The notes beneath the pieces were generated by a model. That model was given only the letters and a program-made list of their open reading frames with translations. It had not been told where the DNA came from and searched no databases. From Candidatus Freyarchaeum deiterrae (lineage in GTDB: Archaea > Asgardarchaeota > Jordiarchaeia > Jordiarchaeales > Jordiarchaeaceae): DNA of 64,000 nucleotides. The stretch covers positions 2,208,001 to 2,272,000 of the forward strand of contig CP147778.1 in assembly GCA_037305845.1 (NCBI GenBank), in the 5' to 3' direction. Position 1 is the stretch's first letter. Each line of letters begins with the position of its first letter. Of this stretch, positions 29,870 to 41,289 are shown in pieces. The translations under genes and the position numbers were made by a program.

Positions 29870-30664
29870 TCAATTCTCAAGAATTTTCTTAGGCGCTCCC
29901 GCTAGTTTCACCAGTGCTTCGGCTTCCTTAAAGTGAAGCTTCCCTGCAACTATAAGAATATGTGGAGGGGGACCGAAATCAAAGGAATTTAGATCATCGA
30001 TAAAGCCTGCATGCACCACTGGTTCGGGTGAACCCGCTCTCGCAACTCCCACTAAAACGGTGTCTCTGAGTATCTGTCTTCTTTTTTTACTATCAAAGTG
30101 AATCAAAAACTCTAATCCCTCATTAATAGTCATATATCGAGATGCGTCAGCTTTAATATCCAAAAAAACGAGGGTGTGAAGCCCTCTGAACCAGTTCTTC
30201 CTAACCACTGAATAGGGAGACTCTGGAAAATAACTCGCCTCGGGAAATGGTATACTAACCGACATTCCAAACTTGTAATTAGCCAACCCACAAATACTAG
30301 GAGCTGCAGAAATAATTGAGGGTGCATGAATAATTTTAGAATCTATACCCATCTCGAGTGCACGCAGCCTCAAATCAACGTGGGTTGTCGAGATTAATGG
30401 ATCTCCAGGAACCAGAAAAACAACATCACTCTCCAATGCCTCTCGTAAAATGGATTCATGGGGATTCTCCTCAACATCCTTTCTGGAGAGCACCAAAATA
30501 CTCTTACCAATCAGCTTCTCCAAATGTTTAAGGTTAAGGCCCCCCATTATGCTCGTGTAAAATTCGGCGTAAATCTTCTCAGCTTTCCGTGCTTCCTCTA
30601 ACCCTCTCAGTGTTAAATCGCACTCATCCCATAAACCCAAACCAACAAATACTAGTTTACCCAT
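29870..30664 (-). CDS. dph5: Diphthine synthase
   Basis: FVGLGL, E.YTS, GDPL..TTH.DL, YKFG, GLHTL.FLD and FG.PPH motifs. Confidence 0.97.
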   Translation of the reverse strand: MGKLVFVGLGLWDECDLTLRGLEEARKAEKIYAEFYTSIMGGLNLKHLEKLIGKSILVLSRKDVEENPHESILREALESDVVFLVPGDPLISTTHVDLRLRALEMGIDSKIIHAPSIISAAPSICGLANYKFGMSVSIPFPEASYFPESPYSVVRKNWFRGLHTLVFLDIKADASRYMTINEGLEFLIHFDSKKRRQILRDTVLVGVARAGSPEPVVHAGFIDDLNSFDFGPPPHILIVAGKLHFKEAEALVKLAGAPKKILEN

Positions 30665-30742
30665 TCGAAAACATCCCCGTGAAACAAACTGGTATCTAGA
30701 AGAATCCTAATCGAACAATCAAAGTCGCCGTCTACTTGGTAA

Positions 30743-31162
30743 CTAACTTTCAACTATAGGCATGAAAACCGCTTTTACTTGTTGAATTCCTCTAATTCCT
30801 CTTATTCTGCCCATTAAATCTAATAATCTTTTAGACTCGCCTTCAGCAATAAGAATCTCCAAGCAGTACTGATCTTTTATATGCCGGTGTATGTTCTCAA
30901 TGATAATGTCATTAAATTCGTGGCGAAATTCCGAGATTCTGTTTTCTACATCACTTCTCTTATACTCGCTGGTCACCATAATTGTCGCTGACGATTTTTT
31001 CTCTCCAAGTTTATTAATCTCCGACTCAGCAATTAGATTGCGGATTGCATCTCTAAAAGCCTCAGACCTGCTGTAATAACCTCTAGTTTCCATAAACTTT
31101 TCAAACTGCTCCAATAAATCCTCAGGCAAAGTTATACTAACCACAGTCACATAAATCACCAA
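30743..31162 (-). CDS. nikR: NikR-type nickel-responsive regulator
   Basis: RHH N-terminus (GY.SRSEA.RDAIR) with H...H.H...C nickel ligands. Confidence 0.85.
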   Translation of the reverse strand: MVIYVTVVSITLPEDLLEQFEKFMETRGYYSRSEAFRDAIRNLIAESEINKLGEKKSSATIMVTSEYKRSDVENRISEFRHEFNDIIIENIHRHIKDQYCLEILIAEGESKRLLDLMGRIRGIRGIQQVKAVFMPIVES

Positions 31163-31254
31163 TATTAATCATTAATCTCGAAATTAATATCTAAGTAATA
31201 TTTATTAGCTGTTTTCTGACACTAAGTTAATATATTTTACATTTATAGTTTCCG

Positions 31255-33354
31255 ATGAGGGCGTTACATATGGAAAAAAGTGTAGACCAAGAAACCGAGT
31301 GCCAAACTGTATGTGAACTTGAAGGCGTTCACTGCGCTGCCTGCGCAGACAGAGTAGAGAAGGTTCTATCGACCGTAGAAGGAGTTAGCAAAGCGAAAAT
31401 AAATTTCGCTGCAAAAACACTAACTGTTAAATATAACAAAGAAAAGGTCAGCATAGACGAAATCAAAGAGACGGCAAAAAAGATAGGTTACAACCTTAAA
31501 TACCACGAAAAACCGAAGACTGGGACCAGAAAATATATTCCAGATATAATTAGAATTGCCACAATTGGCATCCTCATGTTTCTTAGTTGGTCTGGTTTAT
31601 CACCCTTATACATGGGATATGATGTATCCGTAATTGCAGTAGCTCTGGGTACCTATCCCATACTAAAGGATGCTTTCTTTTCTCTGAGAGCTAAGGATAT
31701 TGATGTTTCTGTTTTTATGAGCATTGCAATTATTGCCACAGTCATTCTGAAACAGTTTCTAGCCGCAGCTGCTATAACGTTCTTCGTTCTCATAGCTTGG
31801 TTTGTAGAGGAGTTCACGGTGGACAGAAGTCGAAAAGCTATCGAGGAAATCATGGAAATAGCCCCAAAGAATGCACTAGTACTAAGAGATGGAAAAGAAT
31901 CACTAGTATCCACGGAAGAAATCCAAAACGCAGATGTAGTTATAGTACGATCAGGAGAAAAAATTCCGGTAGATGGCAGAATAATATCCGGAGATGCTTT
32001 GGTTAATCAGGCGCCAATCACCGGGGAATCAATGCCTGTGGAGAAAAATTTGGGAGACACGGTTTTCGCGGGAACCATAAATGAAGTAGGTGTAATTCAA
32101 GTAAGAGTTGAAAAGACCGGCGGTGACACCACAATCGGAAGAATTATCAGTTTGGTAGAGGAGGCTCAGGAGGGTAAAGCTTCAATACAGAAGTTAGCCG
32201 ATAGATTCACCTCCTACTTCACTCCAGTGTTGCTCGCTATCTCTCTCCTAACCTATTTCTTAACTAATTACAACTTAATAACAGCAGTTACGGTTCTAAT
32301 AGTCGCATGCCCCTGCTCAGTAGCTCTGGCAACGCCACTAGCGGTGGTAGCAACAATTGGAAAATCTTCAAAAAGAGGCGCTTTAGTAAAGGGTGGAAAC
32401 TACTTGGAAGCTCTGGGGCGTGTGAATACAATCGCAATGGATAAAACCGGAACTCTGACCATGAACAAACCCCAAGTTATGGACGTAAAGGGATTTGACG
32501 GCCACAGTGACGAAGAAATAATTCGACTAGCGGCAATAGCCGAAAAACGGTCAGAGCACCCTATGGCAATCGCGATAATGAAGAAGGCTGAAAGATACGG
32601 AATAGATGTCCCAATACCTGACAAGTCAGAAATTGTACGGGGCGAAGGTGTAATAGTTAACACGGACGGTCAGAGGATAATACTCGGAAACAGGGAGCTA
32701 ATGAAAAACAATAGTGTAGAAATCTCCAGCGAAGTGACGAAATACATGAGGGAGAAAGAAGAAGAGGGTAAGACCGCGCTACTCATATCTCACGATAGCT
32801 ATGTTTGTGGAGTGATAACTGTAGCAGACACCCCCCGAAAAAACGCCAAGGAAGCCATAGCTGAGCTGAAAAAACTCGGAATAAAAACAATAATGTTAAC
32901 TGGCGACAACCCCCGAACCGCCAGAGCCATGGCTGACCAGCTTGGTATAGATGAAGTAATAGCGGAAATGCTTCCCGAAGAAAAGACCAACAAAATAAGA
33001 GAGCTTGAAGACTCTGGACAAAGAGTAGCCATGGTAGGTGACGGAATAAACGACGCCCCAGCACTAGCCCAAGCCACCGTAGGAATAGCAATGGGTGCAG
33101 CAGGAACCGCAGCCGCCATGGAAGCCGCCAACATAGTACTAATGGCTGATGAACTAACAAAAATCCCAGAGATTATACGCGCCGGTAAAAAAACAAATCG
33201 AACAATAAAACAGAACATAACCATAGGAATACTATTCAACATTGTAGGGGTCAGTTTAGCTGCGTTCGGTTTTCTAACACCATTCTTAGCGGCAGCCGCA
33301 CACTTCCTACCAGACTTGGTTGTGTCCCTCAACTCCTCCAAACTAATCATCTGA
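31255..33354 (+). CDS. Heavy-metal translocating P1B-type ATPase
   Basis: HMA CAAC, TGES, CPC, DKTGT, SEHP and GDG.ND motifs. Confidence 0.95.
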   Translation: MRALHMEKSVDQETECQTVCELEGVHCAACADRVEKVLSTVEGVSKAKINFAAKTLTVKYNKEKVSIDEIKETAKKIGYNLKYHEKPKTGTRKYIPDIIRIATIGILMFLSWSGLSPLYMGYDVSVIAVALGTYPILKDAFFSLRAKDIDVSVFMSIAIIATVILKQFLAAAAITFFVLIAWFVEEFTVDRSRKAIEEIMEIAPKNALVLRDGKESLVSTEEIQNADVVIVRSGEKIPVDGRIISGDALVNQAPITGESMPVEKNLGDTVFAGTINEVGVIQVRVEKTGGDTTIGRIISLVEEAQEGKASIQKLADRFTSYFTPVLLAISLLTYFLTNYNLITAVTVLIVACPCSVALATPLAVVATIGKSSKRGALVKGGNYLEALGRVNTIAMDKTGTLTMNKPQVMDVKGFDGHSDEEIIRLAAIAEKRSEHPMAIAIMKKAERYGIDVPIPDKSEIVRGEGVIVNTDGQRIILGNRELMKNNSVEISSEVTKYMREKEEEGKTALLISHDSYVCGVITVADTPRKNAKEAIAELKKLGIKTIMLTGDNPRTARAMADQLGIDEVIAEMLPEEKTNKIRELEDSGQRVAMVGDGINDAPALAQATVGIAMGAAGTAAAMEAANIVLMADELTKIPEIIRAGKKTNRTIKQNITIGILFNIVGVSLAAFGFLTPFLAAAAHFLPDLVVSLNSSKLII

Positions 33355-33418
33355 AAGAAAATATCTTCATTACCTTTCTACATTAAAATTGAAAAATATT
33401 ATTAAGTTCTAAATCTAA

Positions 33419-33955
33419 ATGTTAAATATGTCGAGCTTCTATGATGCGCACTTCTGTTTATTAATATTTGCACAAGACCAGTGGAAGGAAAGCTACACGG
33501 AGAAAATATCAAAAAACACAAGAGACCTCTTTTACCAGTATACTGGACATTCTAATTGTGACGTATGTAATACCTGCCCAATATGCAGAGCCCTTGTTGA
33601 AATGTTTGATCCAATGAATCCTGATGAATATATTATTGTATGTGATTTATGCAAGGCATTATATAAAATGATGGAAGAGATAAAAGGTCAAACCGATGGA
33701 ATGATTCTTTTTTCACATAGCTTCCCTCTAGAAATTCAATCCGTTACATATCTAACAAAACTTTTATTGCAAAGCGATAAAATAAAAAAAATTTACATTT
33801 TGGAAGTAGTAACCGAAAAAAATACTCAAGTTTCTGAAGTTATTGAAAAAATCAAAAAGATTAGATTGAAAAAATCCGAATTTATTAAGTTATTAGATTC
33901 CAATGAATTTAAAGACAAAGTTCTATATGAGATTTCCAAAGATAGCTATTTCTAA
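33419..33955 (+). CDS. Hypothetical protein with three CxxC motifs
   Basis: 178-aa AT-rich ORF filling the intergenic gap; CDVC, CPIC and CDLC. Confidence 0.6.
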   Translation: MLNMSSFYDAHFCLLIFAQDQWKESYTEKISKNTRDLFYQYTGHSNCDVCNTCPICRALVEMFDPMNPDEYIIVCDLCKALYKMMEEIKGQTDGMILFSHSFPLEIQSVTYLTKLLLQSDKIKKIYILEVVTEKNTQVSEVIEKIKKIRLKKSEFIKLLDSNEFKDKVLYEISKDSYF

Positions 33956-34143
33956 TCAGATAGAATCCAAACTAAAAGAGTCGGAAAAGTCAAAAGAAGA
34001 AATACTGCCCTCCTAAACATACCAGTAATTCAAAGTACCAAATTTTCTGGAGATGCTGAAACCTAGCGGTGTATATCCACAAAAAATTTATGTACCCCAA
34101 AGGTTAATTTTCTAACCGTCTAAATAAAAAGGAAACAAGAAGT

Positions 34144-34267
34144 GGGCTGCTAGCTCAGAAGAACGGATACACATCCATCTGAGAAATTAGGTAGAGCGCC
34201 AGGCTCTTAATCTCTATAAGAAAGAGAGACTTGGTGGTCGTGGGTCCGATTCCCACGCAGCCCGCCA
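34144..34267 (+). tRNA. tRNA-Lys(CTT) with two BHB introns (D-loop 34160-34185 and canonical 37/38 34210-34228); CCA encoded
   Basis: Acceptor GGGCTGC/GCAGCCC, D-stem GCTC/GAGC, anticodon stem CCAGG/CTTGG, anticodon CTT at 34206-34208, T-stem GTGGG/CCCAC, ending G-CCA. Confidence 0.9.
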
Positions 34268-34291
34268 AACTTAATATTTCGCTCTAACACT

Positions 34292-35404
34292 TTGTCTTCT
34301 ACTTTTCCAATTTTTGAAGGAGTTTTGGTTTCGTTGAAGAGTCTAGTGCCTTGTCTGGTGGTTTCTAAGAAGAGAGGACAGGATGCTAAGCTCCTTCTTT
34401 CGGAATTGAATCTTTTGGATGACAGGATGCGCGTTTCGAGTGATTCTGAGAAGATTTTTTGGCCGTTGGTCAGAGAGGTTTCAGAGGACGAGCGGTTAGC
34501 ACTAGAAGGTAAATTGGGTGATTTTGAGTTACTGTATGCTGAAGTTGAGCCTAGGAGCGGGCGGTTGAGGAGTATTTTAGAAGAGTTGGAGGGGAAACTC
34601 TCTCCCAGCCAATTAGCTTTGCTTCCTCACTCCTATGACATAGTAGGAGATATTGCAGTTTTAGAAATTCCTCCGGAACTACATGACCAACAGTTTCTAG
34701 TGGGAGAAGCTGTCCTGCGGGTTCACAAGAATATAAAGGTAGTTTTGGCAAAGGCTGGAAAAGTTGATGGCATTACTCGAGTTCGCAGATTTACTTATCT
34801 AGCGGGTGAAAATAGGACAACCACCCTGCATAGGGAGAATGATTGTGTTTTTCGAGTGGATTTAGCTACAGTTTATTTCAGCCCGCGCCTAGTGACCGAG
34901 CATGCAAGAGTGGCTCGTCAGGTCTTATCCGGAGAGGTTGTTGTGGATCTTTTCGCAGGGGTTGGACCCTTTTCTATTCTGATCGCTAAGATGGCGGATG
35001 CGCGAGTGTATGCTATTGATGTCAATAAGGATGCTGTGGAGTTGCTGAAGCAGAATATTCAACTCAACAAGGTTGATAATAGGGTTTTCCCCATTTTGGG
35101 TGACGCGCGAAATGTTGTCGAGGAGGAGAAACTCCATTCTCAAGCGGATCGGGTTATAATGAATCTCCCGGGAGAGGCTGAAAATTTTATAGACGTTGCG
35201 TGTCGCGTAATAAAACCTGAGGGGGGCATAATTCACTACTACCAATTTTCACCCTCGCTGGATATCACAGAGGAAGCGGTTGAGGCTCTGTCGAAGGGTG
35301 TGGAAGCGAATTCAAGAAGAGTGGTTAAAATTCTTACACTTAGAAGAGTGCGCCCGAGCGCACCCCGCGAATGGCAGGTTGTTGTGGACGCCCAAATCAG
35401 ATGA
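34292..35404 (+). CDS. trm5: tRNA (guanine37-N1) methyltransferase Trm5 / Taw2 family
   Basis: YDIVGDIA, T.H.EN, VYFSPRL..E, DLFAGVGPF and RVIMNLP motifs. Confidence 0.88.
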   Translation: MSSTFPIFEGVLVSLKSLVPCLVVSKKRGQDAKLLLSELNLLDDRMRVSSDSEKIFWPLVREVSEDERLALEGKLGDFELLYAEVEPRSGRLRSILEELEGKLSPSQLALLPHSYDIVGDIAVLEIPPELHDQQFLVGEAVLRVHKNIKVVLAKAGKVDGITRVRRFTYLAGENRTTTLHRENDCVFRVDLATVYFSPRLVTEHARVARQVLSGEVVVDLFAGVGPFSILIAKMADARVYAIDVNKDAVELLKQNIQLNKVDNRVFPILGDARNVVEEEKLHSQADRVIMNLPGEAENFIDVACRVIKPEGGIIHYYQFSPSLDITEEAVEALSKGVEANSRRVVKILTLRRVRPSAPREWQVVVDAQIR

Positions 35405-35414
35405 AACCATTTTT

Positions 35415-35849
35415 TTAAAGTGATTCCACTGTCAGTATTACTTCAACTTCCTTTTCTGGATTCTTCAGCAGTTCGACCAGTTTTCTGTTTAAATCTATTG
35501 CTGCTTTGTCGGCTTTTACCATAATTGTTCTGTCACTGTAATAACTGCTCCTCCTCGCCACCAGGTCATGGGGATGGCTGAAAGTCAAGCGTGGGCTTCC
35601 GAAGCCTCTGATGATTTCAGTTTGTTCGTCGACTTTTATAATCATGGTAATCTTCGAGTTTTCTTTTCTAGCAAGCTCCTTGAATGGCTCGCTGAGTTGG
35701 TAGGCTCCTTTATTAGAACCAACAGCTATTACACAATCCCCTCTAGTCGTCAAATCCTCTTCTGTTGTTATTTCAAGCGTTGTCCGGTGCTTAGAAGAAA
35801 TGTTTGGATGCCCACGGGCATAAAGTGTTTCCGTTACTTTTTCGTTCAA
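35415..35849 (-). CDS. DUF371 family protein
   Basis: ARGHPNI.S.H.TT.EIT, RGDC.I.V and RT.M..ADKAA.DL motifs; TTG start at 35849. Confidence 0.9.
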   Translation of the reverse strand: MNEKVTETLYARGHPNISSKHRTTLEITTEEDLTTRGDCVIAVGSNKGAYQLSEPFKELARKENSKITMIIKVDEQTEIIRGFGSPRLTFSHPHDLVARRSSYYSDRTIMVKADKAAIDLNRKLVELLKNPEKEVEVILTVESL

Positions 35850-35934
35850 ACCGTTTACACCGATACTTATTTTTGGCGATTTGCACTTAAAAGTTAGCAG
35901 AGGACACACTAAAAAATTTAGCGAGTGAAAATCC

Positions 35935-36656
35935 TTGGCAAAAGATAATTTTTTGACAGAAAAGAAAAAACTTTTAGAGAACCTGAAGCGCACCGGCTTT
36001 GTTACCAGAGAAAACGTAATGCAAGCGTTCCTCAGAGTTCCCCGAGAAGAATTCGTGCCAGAGAACCTCAGAGACAAAGCTTACGTTGACCACCCCCTAC
36101 CAATTCCAGGCGGTCAAACAATATCTGCGCCACGCGAAAAAGCATATCCCTGCTTTTCGGGCGAAACATGTGCGTTCTAATGTGCGACGTACTAGAATTG
36201 GAAAAGGGCATGAAAGTACTAGAAGTAGGCGGAGGTTCAGGTTATCACGCAGCGCTATGCGCTGAGATAATAGCACCCACAGGTTCCAAAAGCGAGGGCC
36301 ATGTCTACACCATAGAACGAATACCCGCGCTAGTCGATTTTGCCAACGAAAATCTGAAAAAAACTGGATACATTGACAGAGTAACCATCTACACAGGAGA
36401 CGGCTCGGAGGGATTCCCCGATATGGCTCCCTATGACGCCATACTTGTGACAGCTGCAGCGCCCAAGGTGCCCCAACCACTCATTGACCAATTAGCCGTG
36501 GGAGGAAAATTAGCCATTCCTCTCGGGAGCCTTTTCATGTATCAGGAATTGATAGTAGTTGAAAAATTAGAGGGCGGTCAGACGAAGAGGCACAGGTTCG
36601 GTGGTGTGGCCTTCGTTCCGCTATTGGGTCGTTGGGGGTATCGTAATAGTTGGTAA
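35935..36656 (+). CDS. pcm: Protein-L-isoaspartate O-methyltransferase, join(35935..36133,36166..36656), 229 aa after removal of a 32-nt intron
   Basis: Exon 1 ends VPREEF..AY.D.PLPI..GQTISAP; exon 2 continues (H)MC...VLEVG.GSGY.AA, GDGS.G, APYD.I.V.AA and FVPL. Confidence 0.9.
36134..36165 (+). other. Candidate BHB (tRNA-type) intron in pcm mRNA
   Basis: Central helix CGCC/GGCG, 3-nt bulges AC|G and AA|A, inner stem CGAAAA..GCA/TGC-TTTTCG, outer TG/CA; excision yields CCA-CAC-ATG. Confidence 0.85.
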
Positions 36657-36760
36657 GGTTTTTTGAGGTTCGTAAATGTAATTTATGCTGACCTGCGGAT
36701 ACGGTTATTGAGGATTCTAGTTTCGATTCTTTCTTCAATGTTTATTGATTCTAGTAGATA

Positions 36761-37795
36761 CTATGATTTGAAGAATTGTTCTAGGCGTGATTGGGCTTTT
36801 GTTCTGTCTTCTTCTCGTATGCGTTCCATCGCGTTTTGAACTCGGTCTCTGGAGAAGTCGTGGTCGTCGCAGAGTATTGAATACACTTGATTTCTGTCGA
36901 TGGGTTCCCATCTTATTTTGTAATTGTCAGTTGTTTTGGGTTTTAGGAATAGTTGTTTTATTTCTTCTACTGGGGGTTCTATTTCTAGTTTTCCTTCTTC
37001 TACCACCCTTTCGATGCTTTGTTTTTCCTTTATGAGTCTTATTGCGGTTTTCACTCCTATTCCCTTTACTCCTTCATTGTAATCGGTGCCCAGTAGGATG
37101 CCTATTCCTATAAGTTGTTCACGGGATATGCCGAGGTTCTCTAGATTCTCATCCAGCGATACTAGTTCGGGCTCTACTTTCACATAGGCGTCTTTTTTGG
37201 GTATTTTTCTTCTTCCTGATATTGTGAGATTTCGCACGAGGTTGGGCGAATTAAAAAGTAAAGAATCGTAGTCCTGGCTGGCGACCCCCCACGCGTCTCC
37301 ACGGCGTGCCATGTAGGAGGCTTGAGCTTCTCCCTCTGAAGGAGCCTGAACGTGTGGTACACCCATGGCTGCTAAGAGTCTCTTGCTCTCCTCAACCATT
37401 TCATCAGTTAATCTCGTGGAGGACTGGGCAAATTTTCTCGCTTCCTCCATATCTCCTTTCTCTAATGCTTCTTCCCACTTTTTGGAGGCTTCATTCCTAA
37501 TCTTTCTCCGCTCCTCAACAGTACCAGATTTCAGCTCAGGCGGCTCACCATCAAATACGTAAACCGGTTTTATCCCAGCTTCCAGTAAGTTAATCGTTCT
37601 GTAAAAAACACCACTGAGGTGAGAAGTTATATCACCCTTCCTGTCCATGAGGCTGGTGCCATCAGGCTGCCTAATTATAGACAAAAACTGGTAAAGTGTA
37701 TTCATAGCATCCACAGCAATTACGCGTCCCGAAAGATCCTTCAAACCTACCTGCTGAAAAGAAAGCAAATCCCTCAGATTCACTCCCATAACCAA
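36761..37795 (-). CDS. fen: Flap endonuclease 1
   Basis: MGV, D..N.LYQFL..IR, SHLSG, VFDG, APSEGEAQ, SQDYD, GTDYN motifs and C-terminal PIP box QSRLEQFF. Confidence 0.97.
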   Translation of the reverse strand: MVMGVNLRDLLSFQQVGLKDLSGRVIAVDAMNTLYQFLSIIRQPDGTSLMDRKGDITSHLSGVFYRTINLLEAGIKPVYVFDGEPPELKSGTVEERRKIRNEASKKWEEALEKGDMEEARKFAQSSTRLTDEMVEESKRLLAAMGVPHVQAPSEGEAQASYMARRGDAWGVASQDYDSLLFNSPNLVRNLTISGRRKIPKKDAYVKVEPELVSLDENLENLGISREQLIGIGILLGTDYNEGVKGIGVKTAIRLIKEKQSIERVVEEGKLEIEPPVEEIKQLFLKPKTTDNYKIRWEPIDRNQVYSILCDDHDFSRDRVQNAMERIREEDRTKAQSRLEQFFKS

Positions 37796-37991
37796 GCACC
37801 CAAACCAAACTCAATCCGTTCTCGAGAACAAAATAAACTTTAATAAATATACTTTCAGTTTTCATACTTAATCTTTATTCTCAAAATCAAAACATTTTAC
37901 AAAAAAATGGAAACTTAGTATAATTTAATTAAAAAATTAGAAAAAGTTGGAATCATTCCTGCTTGAATTAATTCCTTGGAAAGTTACTGTT

Positions 37992-38255
37992 CTAATCTTC
38001 TCCAATCGCGAGAAACTCTTGTCCAGGTCTGATTAGTTCAATTCTCCTCTTGGTTTTTGTTATTCTGGAAACATGGATAAGTCCCTCAATCTCAAGAGCC
38101 ATTAAAACCTCGTTGAGCTCCGATTCAGAAATCGTCATACCATCGTTGTCCAGACTAGTATTTAACTCATCATCCAAAACTATTCCCTGGCGCTTCATCA
38201 GAATATTAACTACCATATTCTTCAAAGGCGTTGTGTTCCACAGACTGTTACGCAA
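37992..38255 (-). CDS. Small conserved winged-helix-like protein
   Basis: 87-aa ORF with GGAGG ribosome-binding site; ELN..LM.LEI.GLIHV pattern. Confidence 0.7.
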   Translation of the reverse strand: MRNSLWNTTPLKNMVVNILMKRQGIVLDDELNTSLDNDGMTISESELNEVLMALEIEGLIHVSRITKTKRRIELIRPGQEFLAIGED

Positions 38256-38540
38256 AAAGAATCCTCCTGAAAACTAATCACTGACTTGTTTAAATCGGTT
38301 ATAAAAAATTACATGTTAAATAAAACAGCTTGCACATTAAAACCTTTCTACACATAATACACTTCAATTTTGAGAATCTACCAGAGACCATGATGCCCAA
38401 AGGCGTTAGACACTCAAATTTTGAGAATCCTCAACCCATTTTTATCAAAAATAGCACTTGATATCGAAAGAATCTGTGATAACTATACTATACCTTAAAC
38501 TCCCAAAAGAATAATTTAAAAACGGCTTACAATGGATTAG

Positions 38541-38741
38541 CAAGAAAGCTCCAGTCCCTTTAGGGCGGGGATGAATTGCGGGGAGTTTAAATATCCAAAA
38601 AAGAGGAAAGAAAATAATAGGGCTTGCTCACCCGAAGAAGGTGCGGAAGCCGTTAACAGGGCGGTGACACGCCCCACACTTCTAACAACAATAACATAGA
38701 AGTGTAGAACCCCCAACCTTTCAAGGAGAGGAGTATGTCAG
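38541..38741 (+). mobile_element. Non-autonomous IS200/IS605-family miniature element (left end plus tnpB 3'/omegaRNA-like right end)
   Basis: Left-end-like CAAGAAAGCTCCAGTCCCTTTAGGGCGGGGATGAATTG after TTAG; right-end-like GAACCCCC..CCTTTCAAGG..AGGAGTATGTCA; internal hairpin ACACTTCTA/TAGAAGTGT; no ORF. Confidence 0.65.
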
Positions 38742-38781
38742 ATCAACACACAACAAAAAATGGAAAAAATAGGATGATTCC

Positions 38782-41055
<2,274 letters not shown>

Positions 41056-41289
41056 TTATTAGGTTTAAAAATATTGCTTTATTAACATGCATATTACTAA
41101 TAATTTTTTCTCTTAATGCTCTATGCATGCTTTCTTTGCTTTACTTATCTTTAATTGTTAATCACTTTTTGAAACAGCAGTGTCTAAATTAAAATAGTGA
41201 AAAGGAGTATATAAATCTAAATTAGAATTATTAATAAGCTTTCAATGACGTCGAATTCAATCCGTTAGGAGATTTATTGTAGGTTTTTC

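Noticed and set aside
35935-36656. pcm as a simple frameshifted pseudogene or as two genes
   Set aside because: The extra 32 nt form an exact BHB whose canonical cut sites restore the conserved His codon, and both halves are otherwise intact.
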